Translations under genes and position numbers: made by a program | In this document: positions 11,750 to 23,815 of the stretch, piece by piece | Numbering within the stretch: the first letter of the stretch is position 1 | Layout: the number at the start of each line of letters is the position of its first letter | From: Okamejei kenojei | Lineage: Eukaryota | Assembly: GCA_035221665.1 (NCBI GenBank) | Contig: JAVHYY010000912.1 | Span: forward strand, 1-64,000 | Length of the DNA: 64,000 bases | Direction: 5' to 3' | Notes under the pieces: model-generated | What the model was told of the DNA's origin: nothing | The model's input: the letters and a program-made list of their open reading frames with translations, nothing else | The model's database searches: none

Positions 11750-12425
11750 ATGCTGGCCTTGACAACTTATTGGCTTCTTATAGCTGCAGCTCTCTTAACC
11801 GGTAAGTTCACGACGTTTCCAATAATGTAGGGCATGATATTTAATCAAACATATACGTTGAATGCAACAGAACGACTTTAGAAAGGAAGTCCGTATGAGG
11901 ACAGTAAACGAAGTGCACAATAGGATAAACAGAGGGTACACAAAAGGCTGGAGAAACTCAGCGGGTGCAGCAGCATCTAAGGAGCGAAGGAGATAGGCGA
12001 CGTTTCGGGTCGAGACCCTTCTTCAGACTGGTCAGGGATCAGGGAAACGAGAGATATAGACGGTGATGTGGAGAGATAAAGAACAATGAATGAAAGATAT
12101 GCAAAAAAGTATCGATGATAAAGGGAACAAGCCATTGTAAGCTGTTTGTGGTGAGAAAATTAGAAGCTGGTGCGACTAGGGTGGGGGAGGGAGATAGAGA
12201 GAGAGGGAATGCCAGGGCCCGAGGGCATCGGTTACAGTGATTGAAGGGGATGATACAAAATTGAGCTGCAATTATACAGCTACAAGCACGACCACTCCAG
12301 GACTAATCTGGTACCGTCAGTATCCCGGCGGATCCCTTGAGTTTCTGCTGCTCAGAACGAAATTCGAAGGCACCCACAAGAACAATGCCGGGGAATTTTT
12401 TTTATATTACTGCGCTCTAAAGCCC
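11750..12425 (+). pseudogene. TCR V segment V7 (family B), rearranged
   Basis: Leader 11750-11801 intact; intron 3' part and acceptor replaced by a repeat; V remnant from 12224 lacks FR3; no RSS. Confidence 0.85.
11933..12222 (-). mobile_element. Short interspersed repeat, probably Penelope-like terminal repeat, with hammerhead-like core at 11999-12026
   Basis: Minus strand CTGAAGA-AGGGTCTCGACCC-GAAACGTC; multiple copies in window. Confidence 0.6.
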
Positions 12426-12972
12426 TGGGGCTGCTTTCCAACAATTAACCTGGAAACTCACCTAAAATTTTGCGAACATCCATTACTGTGAAACTGCATC
12501 TGTTTATCCTATTGCGCTCTTCGTTTACTGTCCTAAACCACTGGCGTTGAAGAATAGATTCTTGCAAACAGACATTAGGTTCTTGAACATCCACAGCACT
12601 AACAGATAAGCTATGAAGTGTCACTGGTTACATTAAGCAGTTCATTACTCTTATGCACATGGACTAGGTTGTTAATTTATTGAATCGTGTTTATTATTTG
12701 TCATACTCCATACTATGACGCCATGGAACAGAACGCAAAGGAGGTTTGAGATGATTGGGGAACAAAAGCAGTGATGCGATTGGCGGAATTAAGAAACAAT
12801 GTTAATTCGGGGAGTTGGTGCACAAATTACCTCTGCGCTGAGGGGACGTGACGCTGTTAAGAATAAGCCAATGAATGGAGAGCCGAGACCACAGGTCTTT
12901 CACAATATCAGATTAAACCTGTTTCCGGTTGAGACCATTTCAGTTCATATTCACCCTCAATCCAATTACAAA

Positions 12973-13838
12973 ATGCTGACCGTGACAATTTATTGGCTTC
13001 TTACAGCTGCAGCTCTCTTAACGGGTAAGTGCAGGACGTTTCCAAGCCTGTACATTATATTGCTGTAGGCATGGTATTTGATCAATGAAATATTTAGCTG
13101 GCAATAGTATGACTAGAAAGGGAATCAGTGAGAGAACCAAACGAAGAGCAAAATAAGAATATAGATGCATTACCACACAAAGTGATGTTAGGAAATTGGA
13201 GGTGAGTTCCTAGGAATATTGTTAGAAACCAGCGTTGATGAGGAAGCATCGTAGAGTTTGAAACCTCCCATGTGCTAAGTACTAGCGCTCAGCGATTCCT
13301 CTTCCCCTCTCGAGATGCAATGATGACGAGCAGATGGCGATGGAAAGGGGCGGATGATTTTTTAAAGATAATTTCATTCGGTTATTCACAGCGCCTTTCC
13401 CCCATCGTTATTTAGCTTTTAGGGGAGGGAGATCTTTGTTGCCGTTCTACCTCATATAAGTATAATCAATATGAGTATGAGCTGAATGAGGAGATGTTGT
13501 GTTTTCTAACTTCGGCCCCTGGCTCTTGCAGGATATTGTAGAGGCGACGCCGTTTCTCAGACACCAGTAGTGGTTACAGTGAGTGAAGCGGAAGATGCAC
13601 AGTTGAATTGCAACTATACAGCTACAAGCACGAGCAATCCTGGACTAATCTGGTACCGTCAGTATCCCGGCGGACCCCTTGAGTTCCTGCTGCTCAAAAC
13701 GAAATTCGAAGACACCCCGAAGAGCAGTGCTGGGGAACGTTTTTCATCGGAGCTCAACCATTTGACAGGAACGGTCCCGCTGACGGTGCCACAAACGCGG
13801 CTCCGAGACTCGGCAATGTATTACTGCGCTCTGAGGCC
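12973..13838 (+). CDS. TCR V segment V8 (family B), apparently functional; exons 12973-13024 and 13532-13838
   Basis: Leader MLTVTIYWLLTAAALLTG; open V exon ending DSAMYYCALRP. Confidence 0.92.
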
Positions 13839-13877
13839 CACGGAGGCGCATTATTGGGCTGAGCTTGCACAAAAACT
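13839..13877 (+). other. 23-RSS of V8
   Basis: CACGGAG + 23 nt + ACAAAAACT. Confidence 0.9.
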
Positions 13878-14463
13878 GCCAATGCACCCACTCATGTATC
13901 ACCGCATAAGCACAACTTTCTCAGCATCGATGCGTCCTCGTGGATTGCTGCACCGTTCCCAACGCCGGTATGTTTGCTGTCATTCATACTCGATTTTTAA
14001 ATATAAGAAATCCCCATGACAGTTGGGTTGAAGAATAGCTTCGAACAAGCAAATATTATGTTCATGAACACTACACATTACTAACGGATGAACTATGAAC
14101 TGTCCTTGGTTTCATTAAGCACTTCATGCCTGTTATGCAGCTGGACCAGGTTGTTAATTTATTGAATTATGTTTATTGCATATTATACTTCAGGCCTTGC
14201 CCCCCCCCCCCCCATCATGTCATGGAACACAAAACAAAGGAGGTGTGAGATGCTTGGGCTACAAAAGCCGTTATGTCATCGGCCGAGTTAAGAAACTTCG
14301 GGGAATTGGCGAACAAATTAGCTCCGCGCCGACGGGATGTGACGCTGTCACGAATAAGCCAATGCATGAAGAAACTAAACCACAGCTCCATCACAATAGA
14401 ATATTTAACCTGTTTCAGGGTGAGCGCATTACAGTTCATATTCACTCTCCAAGCAATTACAAC

Positions 14464-15328
14464 ATGCTGGCCTTGAAAATGCAATGGCTTCTTGCAGCTG
14501 CAGCTCTCTTAACCGGTAAGTTCACGGCGTTTCCAATAACGTAGGGCATGATATTTCCTCAACCGAATACCTTGAATGCAACAGAACGACTTTAGAAAGA
14601 GAGTCCGTATGGGGACAGTAAACGAAGAGCACATTAGGAAAAAATATGCAGTATCACAGTAATTGATGTTCTGAAATTTGAGGTGAGTTTCCATCTTAAT
14701 AGTTGGAAAGCAGCCCCGATGGAGAAGCATCGTAGAGTTGGAGCACACCGGTGGTCCCCGTACGAGTGCTCTACGATTCCCTTTTTCATCCCTTGGAAGC
14801 AATAACGACGTCCAGGACGATCGAAAGGATTTGATCATCTTTAAAGATCGTTTCATTAGGTAATTCCCGGCGTCTTTCCGTCCACCTCTATTTAACTATT
14901 AGGGGAGGGAGATGTTTGAAGCCACTGTACCTCATATCAGTATCAGTATGAGGGGTATTCTGAAGTATGAGAAGAATGAGGTGATGTTGTGTTATATATC
15001 TTCGTCCTCGGACTCTTGCAGGGAATAGTCGAGGCGACGCCGTTTCTCAGTCACCGGCAGCGGTTGCAATGAGTGAAGGGGATGACGCACAGTTGAACTG
15101 CATGTATACAGCTACAAGCTCCAGCGATCCTGGTCTTATCTGGTACCGTCAGTATCCCGGCGGCTCTCTTGAGTTTCTGCTGCTCAGAACAAAATACGAA
15201 GCCGTCCAGAAGAACAATGCCGGTGAACGTTTCTCAGCGACGCTCAACCATTCGACAGGAACGGTCCCGCTGACTGTGTCGCAAACGCTGCTCCGAGACT
15301 CGGCAATGTATTACTGCGCTCTGAGCCC
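14464..15328 (+). CDS. TCR V segment V9 (family B), apparently functional; exons 14464-14515 and 15022-15328
   Basis: Leader MLALKMQWLLAAAALLTG; open V exon ending DSAMYYCALSP. Confidence 0.92.
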
Positions 15329-15367
15329 CACGGAGGCGCAGAATTGGGCAGCGACAGTACAAAAACT
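15329..15367 (+). other. 23-RSS of V9
   Basis: CACGGAG + 23 nt + ACAAAAACT. Confidence 0.9.
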
Positions 15368-16690
15368 ACAAGCGCACCCACTCATGTAGCAGCGCGTAAG
15401 CAGAACTTTGTCAGCATAGGCAATCCTCGCTGATTGCTGCATCCGTCCCAACGCCTGTGTGTTTGCTGTCATTAATATCCGATTTAAAAATGACAATTGC
15501 GTTGAAAAATAGCTTCTCACATTTAAACATCAGGTTCCTGAACATTGCACAGCAGTAACGGATGAACTATGAACGTTTTTCGGTTGCACGATGCAGTTCA
15601 TGCCTTTCGCACACATGAATTATGTTGTTAATTCATTGAATTGTATTTATTGTATATTATACTTCAGGCCTTGCCCCTCCTGTGACGCCATGGAACAGAA
15701 AACAAAGGAGGTTTGAGATGATTTGGCAATAAAAGCAGTGATGTAATTGGCGGATTGAAGAAACACAGTTAATTCGGGGAGTTGGAGAACAAATTAGCTC
15801 CGCGCCGACGGGATGTGACGCTATCAAGAATAAGCCAATGAATGAAGATCCTAGACCACTTCCCTTTCACGATATCAGATTAAACCTATTTCCGGATGAG
15901 ACCATTTCAGTTCGTATTCACTCTCAATGCAATTACAGCATGCTGACTTTGACTATTTATGCGCTTCTTGCAGCTGCAGCTCTCTTTAACCGTAAGTTCA
16001 GGATGATTCCAAGCCTGTATATTAAATTACTGTAGGACATGGTATTTCATCAGTCAAGTGCCTTGCATGCAATGGAATTACTTTAGAAAGTGAGTCAGTG
16101 AGGGAACAATTAACGAAGAGTACAATAAGAATATAGGTGCAGTTCCGACCAAAGTGCTGTAAGGATTTTGAGATGAGTTTCCAGGTATATTAGACCACGC
16201 CCGTGTTCTAAGGTCGTGAGCTCAGCAATTCCTCCCCTCCTCCCGAGATGCAATGATGACGAGCAGGTGGCGATGGAAAGGATGATTTTTAAATATAATT
16301 TTACTTCGGAGTCACGTGAGTGACTACGTGAAGAAGCCCCGCCTGGCGCTGGAACGGCATGACGTCGACGCTGACGGCAGAGCATGAGCTGCAGAGGCAG
16401 CTCCTCGACAGCGGTAGGTACCGGCCCGCAGGTAAGTGCAGTGGAAAAACACTTTCAGGGTCTAAAAAACTCCGTGGCTGGTATTGAACACCAGGATTTA
16501 AAACTAATTTAAAAGTAAAAAATAAGTAAAAGTTGAAATAAAAGGAAATACTTTATATGAAAAACAACGGAGTTTTAAAAGAACGTCCTAAGGGGAGCGA
16601 TCGGAACGGGAGATTACGGAGCCGGTTCCGATACCGGTGGCCGTCAAAATTACGTTAGGAAGACTTTTTAGTCGCTCCACAAACTTTTGG

Positions 16691-16731
<41 letters not shown>

Positions 16732-17096
16732 ATTTTATAAAGTCAGAAAGGCCATAATTTAAAAAGTTCAATAAAAGGCCTTCAGACTAAAAAAGCTTTA
16801 TGGCTTGAAAAAATAATGGAAAAAAGATTCCAAAAAATAAAAATAAAATAAATAAAGAATTCAAGCCAAAAAGGGTTAAAAGGTCCAAAAACATTCCCTG
16901 CCCTACCCTAAGGGGGTTTCATATATTAATATATACGATGAAATATGGTGGGAATATCTACCTCAGACATGTTTGAAGGTAGTCTCCTTGAGGAAAAACT
17001 CAGGAGTAACAAGGGCAGTAGAAATAAAATGGAAAACTGACCCTAAAATGCACTGATAGTGGTGGCTGGTCATGAAGTACCCACCACAGCACTATG

Positions 17097-17141
<45 letters not shown>

Positions 17142-20100
17142 GTGTAGGTACAACACCTGAATAAGAAGTGAGATCATGGAAAATAACCATGGAAACCAAA
17201 ATTAGTTGGTCTCTCACTAAAGCTGTTATGATTAAAACAGCAGAATAATAATACAACTTTTATGTTTTATTTAAGTACACTTCAGCACAAAATATATATA
17301 GAGGTGTACTAGGTACGATACCTGAATGAATGAGTGAGGCCATGAAAAGTAAATTTGGAAAAAAAACAAAATTAATTGGTCTCACCAAAGCTGTTATGGT
17401 GAAACAGCAGAATATGATGAAACTTTTAAGTTTATAAAGAAACGGTGAATCCGTTTATGATATCCATGTCTCAATTATATGAGATATAAGGAAATACGAT
17501 TTTAAGTATTTCAAACTGGTGCATGGCATTTCCATTCAATGGAAAACAAATAAAATGTTGTGCAAATAACTAATACATTTGAAGTAAAATAAATTGCCAT
17601 CAGTTTGTGGAGCTTAATGGGAAGAAATATATAATATTTGGGACCAAATCTGCACTCTAGATTTGCAGATCAATACAAATCAGGTTATGTTAAACTCCTG
17701 ATTATTATGGAATAAAACCTGCCTTATGATTATTCAAAATATTGATTACAAAAGAACAGACTATTGGTCTTTAAACTTTGGGGGGAAAAATTATGATCCA
17801 ATGTAAAGATTTGATAATGGACCAAAACAAAGGCAGAAGTATGATAAATAAAACATAATCAAACATAGCCTTATCCGAACCCATATAATTGGGAAAAGAA
17901 GGCTTGAAGTACGTTGAAGAGGTGCAAACAACTGTCACAAAATAAATTCATGAATCTCCGATTGTGGGGGATTACAGGTGTATTATAATCATTAATTTAA
18001 CAAAACTAAGGACTACAAAAATTGTAGAAAGTATTGGTTCACCTGTGTAAGAAAACCTAAACATTTGATTTTAGGTTTGCACCCAAAAGTAACTCCAATA
18101 AAAAAGGGGTACGTACATATATCTATTATAAAATTACCTCAGTGTAAAGATGTGATGGTATAAACCATACAAAACATCATTTTATATACACTTTCACAGT
18201 GTAAGAACATTTTATTAAAATGGAAACATTTTCAACATTGAAATACAGTTGTTATTAATAAAGTGTTAATCAAATATTACAGGCGCTTGAAATTAATTAA
18301 AATGGGTGAAGCAGTGCAAGTTAAAACATTGTCTAAATGATTAAAACCAGTTCAAGGCTGTTAAACAGAATACTCGAAGAACAATTGTACTGATAAAAGA
18401 TCAACACTTGCACTAATGAGGATATGGTCATGGTTTATCTTGATCACATTTAAATTATTGGAAGGTTATAAAGAGTCAGCTGCAAATTATTGCTGCAATT
18501 ACAAGCCTGTTGAAAGGCAAGGACCTGACCCATCACATAAAGCCTATGTTTTAGGCGTGCATAAATATTCATAAATTACTATTCTGGATTTAGGAGAAAT
18601 TCAGCACCATAAGAGATGGAAAATTGTTCCATGATACAAATATGTCTCATTGCTTTGTTGACATACTTTGTCCCTCCATTGGAAAAGGAGCCTAGGTAAA
18701 GAGTAAATAAAGCTCCAAAAGAAGGAATACAGAAGCTTATAAGAATATGTATGCCTTTGTGAGAGGCTTATGCAAATACCAAATGATACATTATCATTAT
18801 TAATGGATAAAAAAGGGGTTCACAAGCTGCTTCAACTATAATCTTAGCAGCTGTTGCAAGCTGAAGCAAATATTAACAGATGATGGACAGCTTCTGTGAA
18901 TATTTGGGTAAGATAAGAATATTATCTATTCGTATAAAAATAATTGATACGTCTCTTGTTGGGACTATGGACAATAATACCTGGTAATTGCAAATAGATT
19001 GTTCTAAGAAATTTCTCCAAACATTTTTATTAGTTATTGAAGTATAAGGAGTTATGGATTAAATATTGATTGTTATGTTATGGAAGTGTTATATCAAGGT
19101 AAACAATACCACGGCTGTGGCATATATTAAATCACATAAGATAAGTAAAATAATAATCATGGGGTTATCTGAGTAAACAGATGTGGCATATTTTAAAATG
19201 TTTTAGTCCAGCTGTTTATCTCTAAGAAAGAGACAATGTTATCGGAGACAACAAATTAAGGGGGGGGGGAAATTCATTGTCATTAATATGGATTACTTAC
19301 GATTAATCTGGTCGAATACAGATTAAATCACCAATCTTTCAAATGTTCTCGTGGGTAAACCAAGAATAGGAAAGGTGGATGCTTTTCTCTCAATTACATG
19401 AGGAAAAATGTTCTTTTATGTTCCTCTTTTTTTCTGATAGGGCAGTGTCTGATGAAAATGTAGCAGGGCACTGCCAGAGGCATTTTGGTGGCCCCAAACG
19501 GATCCTTCATGGTTTTCATAAATATTGAGTGATGTTGAACCACTTGTGATGATTCATAGTTGCAGTAATTTATTGTTGTACATTCATATTTCCATGACAT
19601 GAAAATATGAATTGACTATCTGCAGGTTGACCAGACCATTACAACAGTTTGATGGTCAAAGAAGTCTATGAATGTTTAACTAATATAACAACATAATAAT
19701 GAAATAATTATGTATAAATAAGTGTTATACCTGCAATTTGCAGAAATAAGTTTAAAAAAACAATATATTTATAAGAAATTGAAAGTCTGTGTATACAGTA
19801 AAGTTATTTGTCATATTAGATATATGTGAGTTCCTTGTGGATATATAATCTGTCCAAAATTGCAATACATAAGTCTGGAGATCAATATAGCCCTGAATTG
19901 CCTTAGGCAATGGACTCCATGTATATCAATGATTCAAAAAAGTTAACATTGAAAGTAATAATGCTGATGACTTTAGTATCAATATAAGAGTGCACACATT
20001 GCAAATATTACGTTATAATTGTATATGGATACAAATTACATTATCATATATGTTTATGAATTTACCAAACAAAGCAGACCAAGAAGAGCTGAAACCAAGG

Positions 20101-20680
20101 TAAACCTATAAGCATATCCTGTCGGCCTTAAAATTGTGTGCGTGTGTGTGTGAAAATTGATGAAATATGTTGAAGTAAGTAAGAGTCTCTGTGGTGATGA
20201 GACAGCACTACTTATTACACACAAAAAACACATTAGGTTTCAGTAAAAACTGATGGTTCTAGAGAAATGTATTCTAGATGGTTAAACATTGACTAACACT
20301 CAGTGGAACTCGACACTGAAATGTGGAAAATCACTCTGTTAAGGAGATAGATACATTCACAGGAATGGCACAGGATGGGCCGCTCGAGCAAAGATTCAAG
20401 GCCGCAGGAGGGTGTAAAATAAATATTTTACTTCGGAGTCACGTGAGTGACTACGTGAAGAAGAGCCCGCCTCACGCTGGTAACGGCATGACGTCGACGC
20501 TGACGGCGAAAGAAGGAGCTGCGGTAAGGAGCAGCTCCTCGCAGCGGTCGGAACGGCCCGCAGGTAAGTGAAGTTACATCGGCGCGGGTTTTAGGTTACG
20601 CTGGATGGTTCCAACAGCGAAACTAAAAGTAAAAATTTAGACGTTAACGTGCTGATGAGCACAAGATAAATTTTAACAAA

Positions 20681-21708
20681 ATGGAGAAATCGGGAAGGAA
20701 GGCTTCGCGGGTGAAAAGAGCCTCCCGGGGTGAAAGTAAATATACGGGAAGCGAAGCTAGAGTGGACCCGGTTCCGATACCGTTGGCCACTGATTTACTC
20801 GATATAGAATTTCCAGATTCTCCGGAAATTATAACCACGGAGGAAAATGTTCCTAAGAAATGCAAAAAGAAAACTGTGAGGCCCGTGGTTTCTGATGATT
20901 CTGATTTTGAAAGACCTCCAGATAATAAAAACTATGTGGCTAAAAATGGAGCATATGGAGAAAGTTCTCCAAACTATTATGAGACAAGGGTCACAGTACC
21001 CTCATGAATCCCAGAAAATCCCTGAGGGGTTTCAATATGATGAATATGGCTGTGGGCCAAGTTGGGAATATGATACTCCAGACCCACGATTTGGGCTGGA
21101 AGAAGTCTCATGGGATAATATCCCGATGGAATTAGGGCTGCAGAAGGCAGACCCTGCTGAATTTGAAATGATTTTTGAAAGCACGCCACAAAGTAAAAAG
21201 AAAAAGCTTGATCTGCCTAAGATAGCACAAAGTTTTGCTATACCCGAAGGAAGTGGTGAGGCTATGGAAGAAAGCCTAGCTGCCAATATAAATTATATGG
21301 TATCTCACCAGCTTCATAATACTGTGATGAATGAATTATCAGAATTATATAAAAGCACCAGGCAATTGTGCCTCATTGGAAGTGCCTACGGTAAATCCGA
21401 TGGTATGGGCATCTATGACTCCAAGTATGAGAGCCCAAGAAATGAAATTTCAAAAGGTGCTAAAATTATTTTCGGCTGCCATCACGGCATTTGGCAGGCA
21501 AATGGAGAATGTGGAAATGGACAAGATTCAAAAAGATACTTTGGGTTTAATGTGCAATTCGTTTTATGAGATCAATTGCATGAGGAAAATGGCGATTCGG
21601 CCCATTTTTCACCCTAGATATGCAAGCCTGTGTCAAGAAAGTGGAGTTCAAGCTCCTGGATATTTGTTTGGAGAAAATCTGCCGAAACAAACTGAAGCAG
21701 TTGGATGA
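20681..21708 (+). pseudogene. DIRS gag-like ORF, split across three frames
   Basis: ORF pieces 20681-21007, 20895-21569, 21331-21708 in the gag position upstream of pol. Confidence 0.65.
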
Positions 21709-23815
21709 AGAAGCTAAATATTTTAGCACTATTAAGCCTTTTGTCTTTGGACAAAGAAAAGGGTTTTCGGCCCGAAGGAGTTTTGATTTTCGTTATAGAG
21801 GCAGAAATTTGTCACGAAGGTATTATCGTGCTACACAGGCCACTGCTTCCCTGCATTCGGGAAAGAGGAGACCATCACGCTCCTATGGAGAGGTATTAAA
21901 GACTTCTATCCTTAAAGAAACTGTGGATGAATCTCCAGTTGGAGGGAGATTGCAAAAATTTTATAATGCCTGGCTTAATATTACTTCTGATCGATTTATA
22001 TTACAAGCAGTTTCAGGAGCTATTATTATTTTTAAAGAAGGGGTCAATCCTCCTGTACAGAATAAACCTGCTTATGCTTATATGTTTTCTCCAGAAGAAA
22101 GAATGGAGATTGATGTGGAAATTGGCAAATTATCCGAAAAAGGGGTAATTGAAAAAACTTATGAACATAAGCATCAATTTGTCTCTAATATATTTCGCAG
22201 AGATAAGAAAGATGGTGGTTGTAGAATTATTCTAGACCTTACAGATCTAAATAAGTTTGTAGAATACAAACGTTTTAAGATGGAGACATTTAAAACTGCA
22301 AAATATTTGATTTCAGCAGGTTCTTATATGGCTAAGATTGATTTGAAAGACGCCTATTATTCTGTACCAATTCATCATCTTTTTCGGAGATACTTAAAGT
22401 TTTATTGGCAGGGGCAATTATGGCAGTTCAAAGCTTTACCAAATGGATTAAGTTCAGCTCCTAGACTCTTTACAAAACTGTTGAAACCAGTTTTAGCTCA
22501 ATTAAGAGCACAGAAACACATTGTAATGGCTTATCTGGATGATATTCTGATTATTAATGATAGTCAAGAGTCAGCTGAGCACTCAATTTCAGTTACTAAA
22601 GCTTTGTTTAAAGAGCTTGGATTCTTAATTCATCCAATTAAATCCCAGCTGCAGCCAGTTCAATCAATTGATTTTCTGGGGTTTGTAATTAACTCAGTGA
22701 CTATGTTAGTTACGTTGCCAGCAAAGAAGACAAATGATATTTTGCAAATGTGTAATTACCTCATTCACAAACCTTATCCCTCCATCCGAGAAGTGGCAAA
22801 AGTCATTGGTACACTAGTGGCAGCTTTTCCGGCAGTGGAATTTGGGCCATTACATTATCAAAATCTTCAAAGGGACAAAGTAAGGGCTCTTAAAGATAAG
22901 GCAGGTCACTTTGACAGACCTATGCAATTAACAAAGAAAGCAGTATTGGAATTGCAATGGTGGGTTGAAAATGTCCCACAAGCTGCTAAGAAGATCATGA
23001 TTAAACAGCCTGAAATGGTTTTGCAAACAGATGCTAGTGCTCTCGGATGGGGGGCCACAGATTTATCTTCCAGTTGTGGAGGTAGATGGAAAACTGAAGA
23101 GCAAGTGTTTCTCCAAAAGTATGGTATTAACTATTTGGAGTTATTGGGCGCCTTTTATGGGCTTAAAGCATATTGTTCTGCTAAACAATGTCTGCATGTA
23201 TTAATACAATTAGACAATAAAACGGCTGTGGTTTACATTAATCACATGGGGGGAGTTAGATCAGTATCATGTGATTGTCTGGTCAATGAGATATGGCAAT
23301 GGTGTATTGGTCGGCAGATATGGATTTCAGCAAGCTATATTCCAGGTAAAGACAATGTGGTAGCAGATGGAAGGTCCAGGATTTTTAAAGATAATACGGA
23401 ATGGATGCTTAAGCCAGCAATATTTAAGAATATTGTTAGACGATTTGGGTTGCCAGAAATTGATTTGTTTGCATCCAGGCTTAATCATCAATTGCCTCAT
23501 TATGTGTCTTGGGAACACGATCCGGACGCAGTTGCAGTAGATGCATTTTCATTACACTGGGGAAAAATGTTCTTTTATGCTTTTCCACCATTTGCTCTGA
23601 TCCAGAGATGCTTGAAGAAAATAGAGCAAGATTTAGCTTCCGGATTGTTGGTAGTGCCAAATTGGCCAACTCAACCTTGGTTCCCAGTTATGCTAAATAT
23701 GATTAAAGAACCATATATGCAGATTCCTAACTGTAGTGATATCTTGACTAATCCAGTAACAAATGAAGGTTACCCATTATATGCATATATGAATTTGTTA
23801 ATCTGCAGGTTTTGA
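21620..23815 (+). CDS. DIRS pol: reverse transcriptase, RNase H and DNA N6-adenine methyltransferase-like domain
   Basis: 731 aa open; RIILDL, DLKDAY, LPNGLSSAP, YLDD; QTDASxxGWG, INYLEL, LDN; IDLFAS, YAFPPF, PNWPTQPWF. Confidence 0.93.
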   Translation: MQACVKKVEFKLLDICLEKICRNKLKQLDEEAKYFSTIKPFVFGQRKGFSARRSFDFRYRGRNLSRRYYRATQATASLHSGKRRPSRSYGEVLKTSILKETVDESPVGGRLQKFYNAWLNITSDRFILQAVSGAIIIFKEGVNPPVQNKPAYAYMFSPEERMEIDVEIGKLSEKGVIEKTYEHKHQFVSNIFRRDKKDGGCRIILDLTDLNKFVEYKRFKMETFKTAKYLISAGSYMAKIDLKDAYYSVPIHHLFRRYLKFYWQGQLWQFKALPNGLSSAPRLFTKLLKPVLAQLRAQKHIVMAYLDDILIINDSQESAEHSISVTKALFKELGFLIHPIKSQLQPVQSIDFLGFVINSVTMLVTLPAKKTNDILQMCNYLIHKPYPSIREVAKVIGTLVAAFPAVEFGPLHYQNLQRDKVRALKDKAGHFDRPMQLTKKAVLELQWWVENVPQAAKKIMIKQPEMVLQTDASALGWGATDLSSSCGGRWKTEEQVFLQKYGINYLELLGAFYGLKAYCSAKQCLHVLIQLDNKTAVVYINHMGGVRSVSCDCLVNEIWQWCIGRQIWISASYIPGKDNVVADGRSRIFKDNTEWMLKPAIFKNIVRRFGLPEIDLFASRLNHQLPHYVSWEHDPDAVAVDAFSLHWGKMFFYAFPPFALIQRCLKKIEQDLASGLLVVPNWPTQPWFPVMLNMIKEPYMQIPNCSDILTNPVTNEGYPLYAYMNLLICRF

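Noticed and set aside
16692-16730. Poly-G run as a functional G-quadruplex
   Set aside because: Homopolymer within a decayed TE; length unreliable in assemblies
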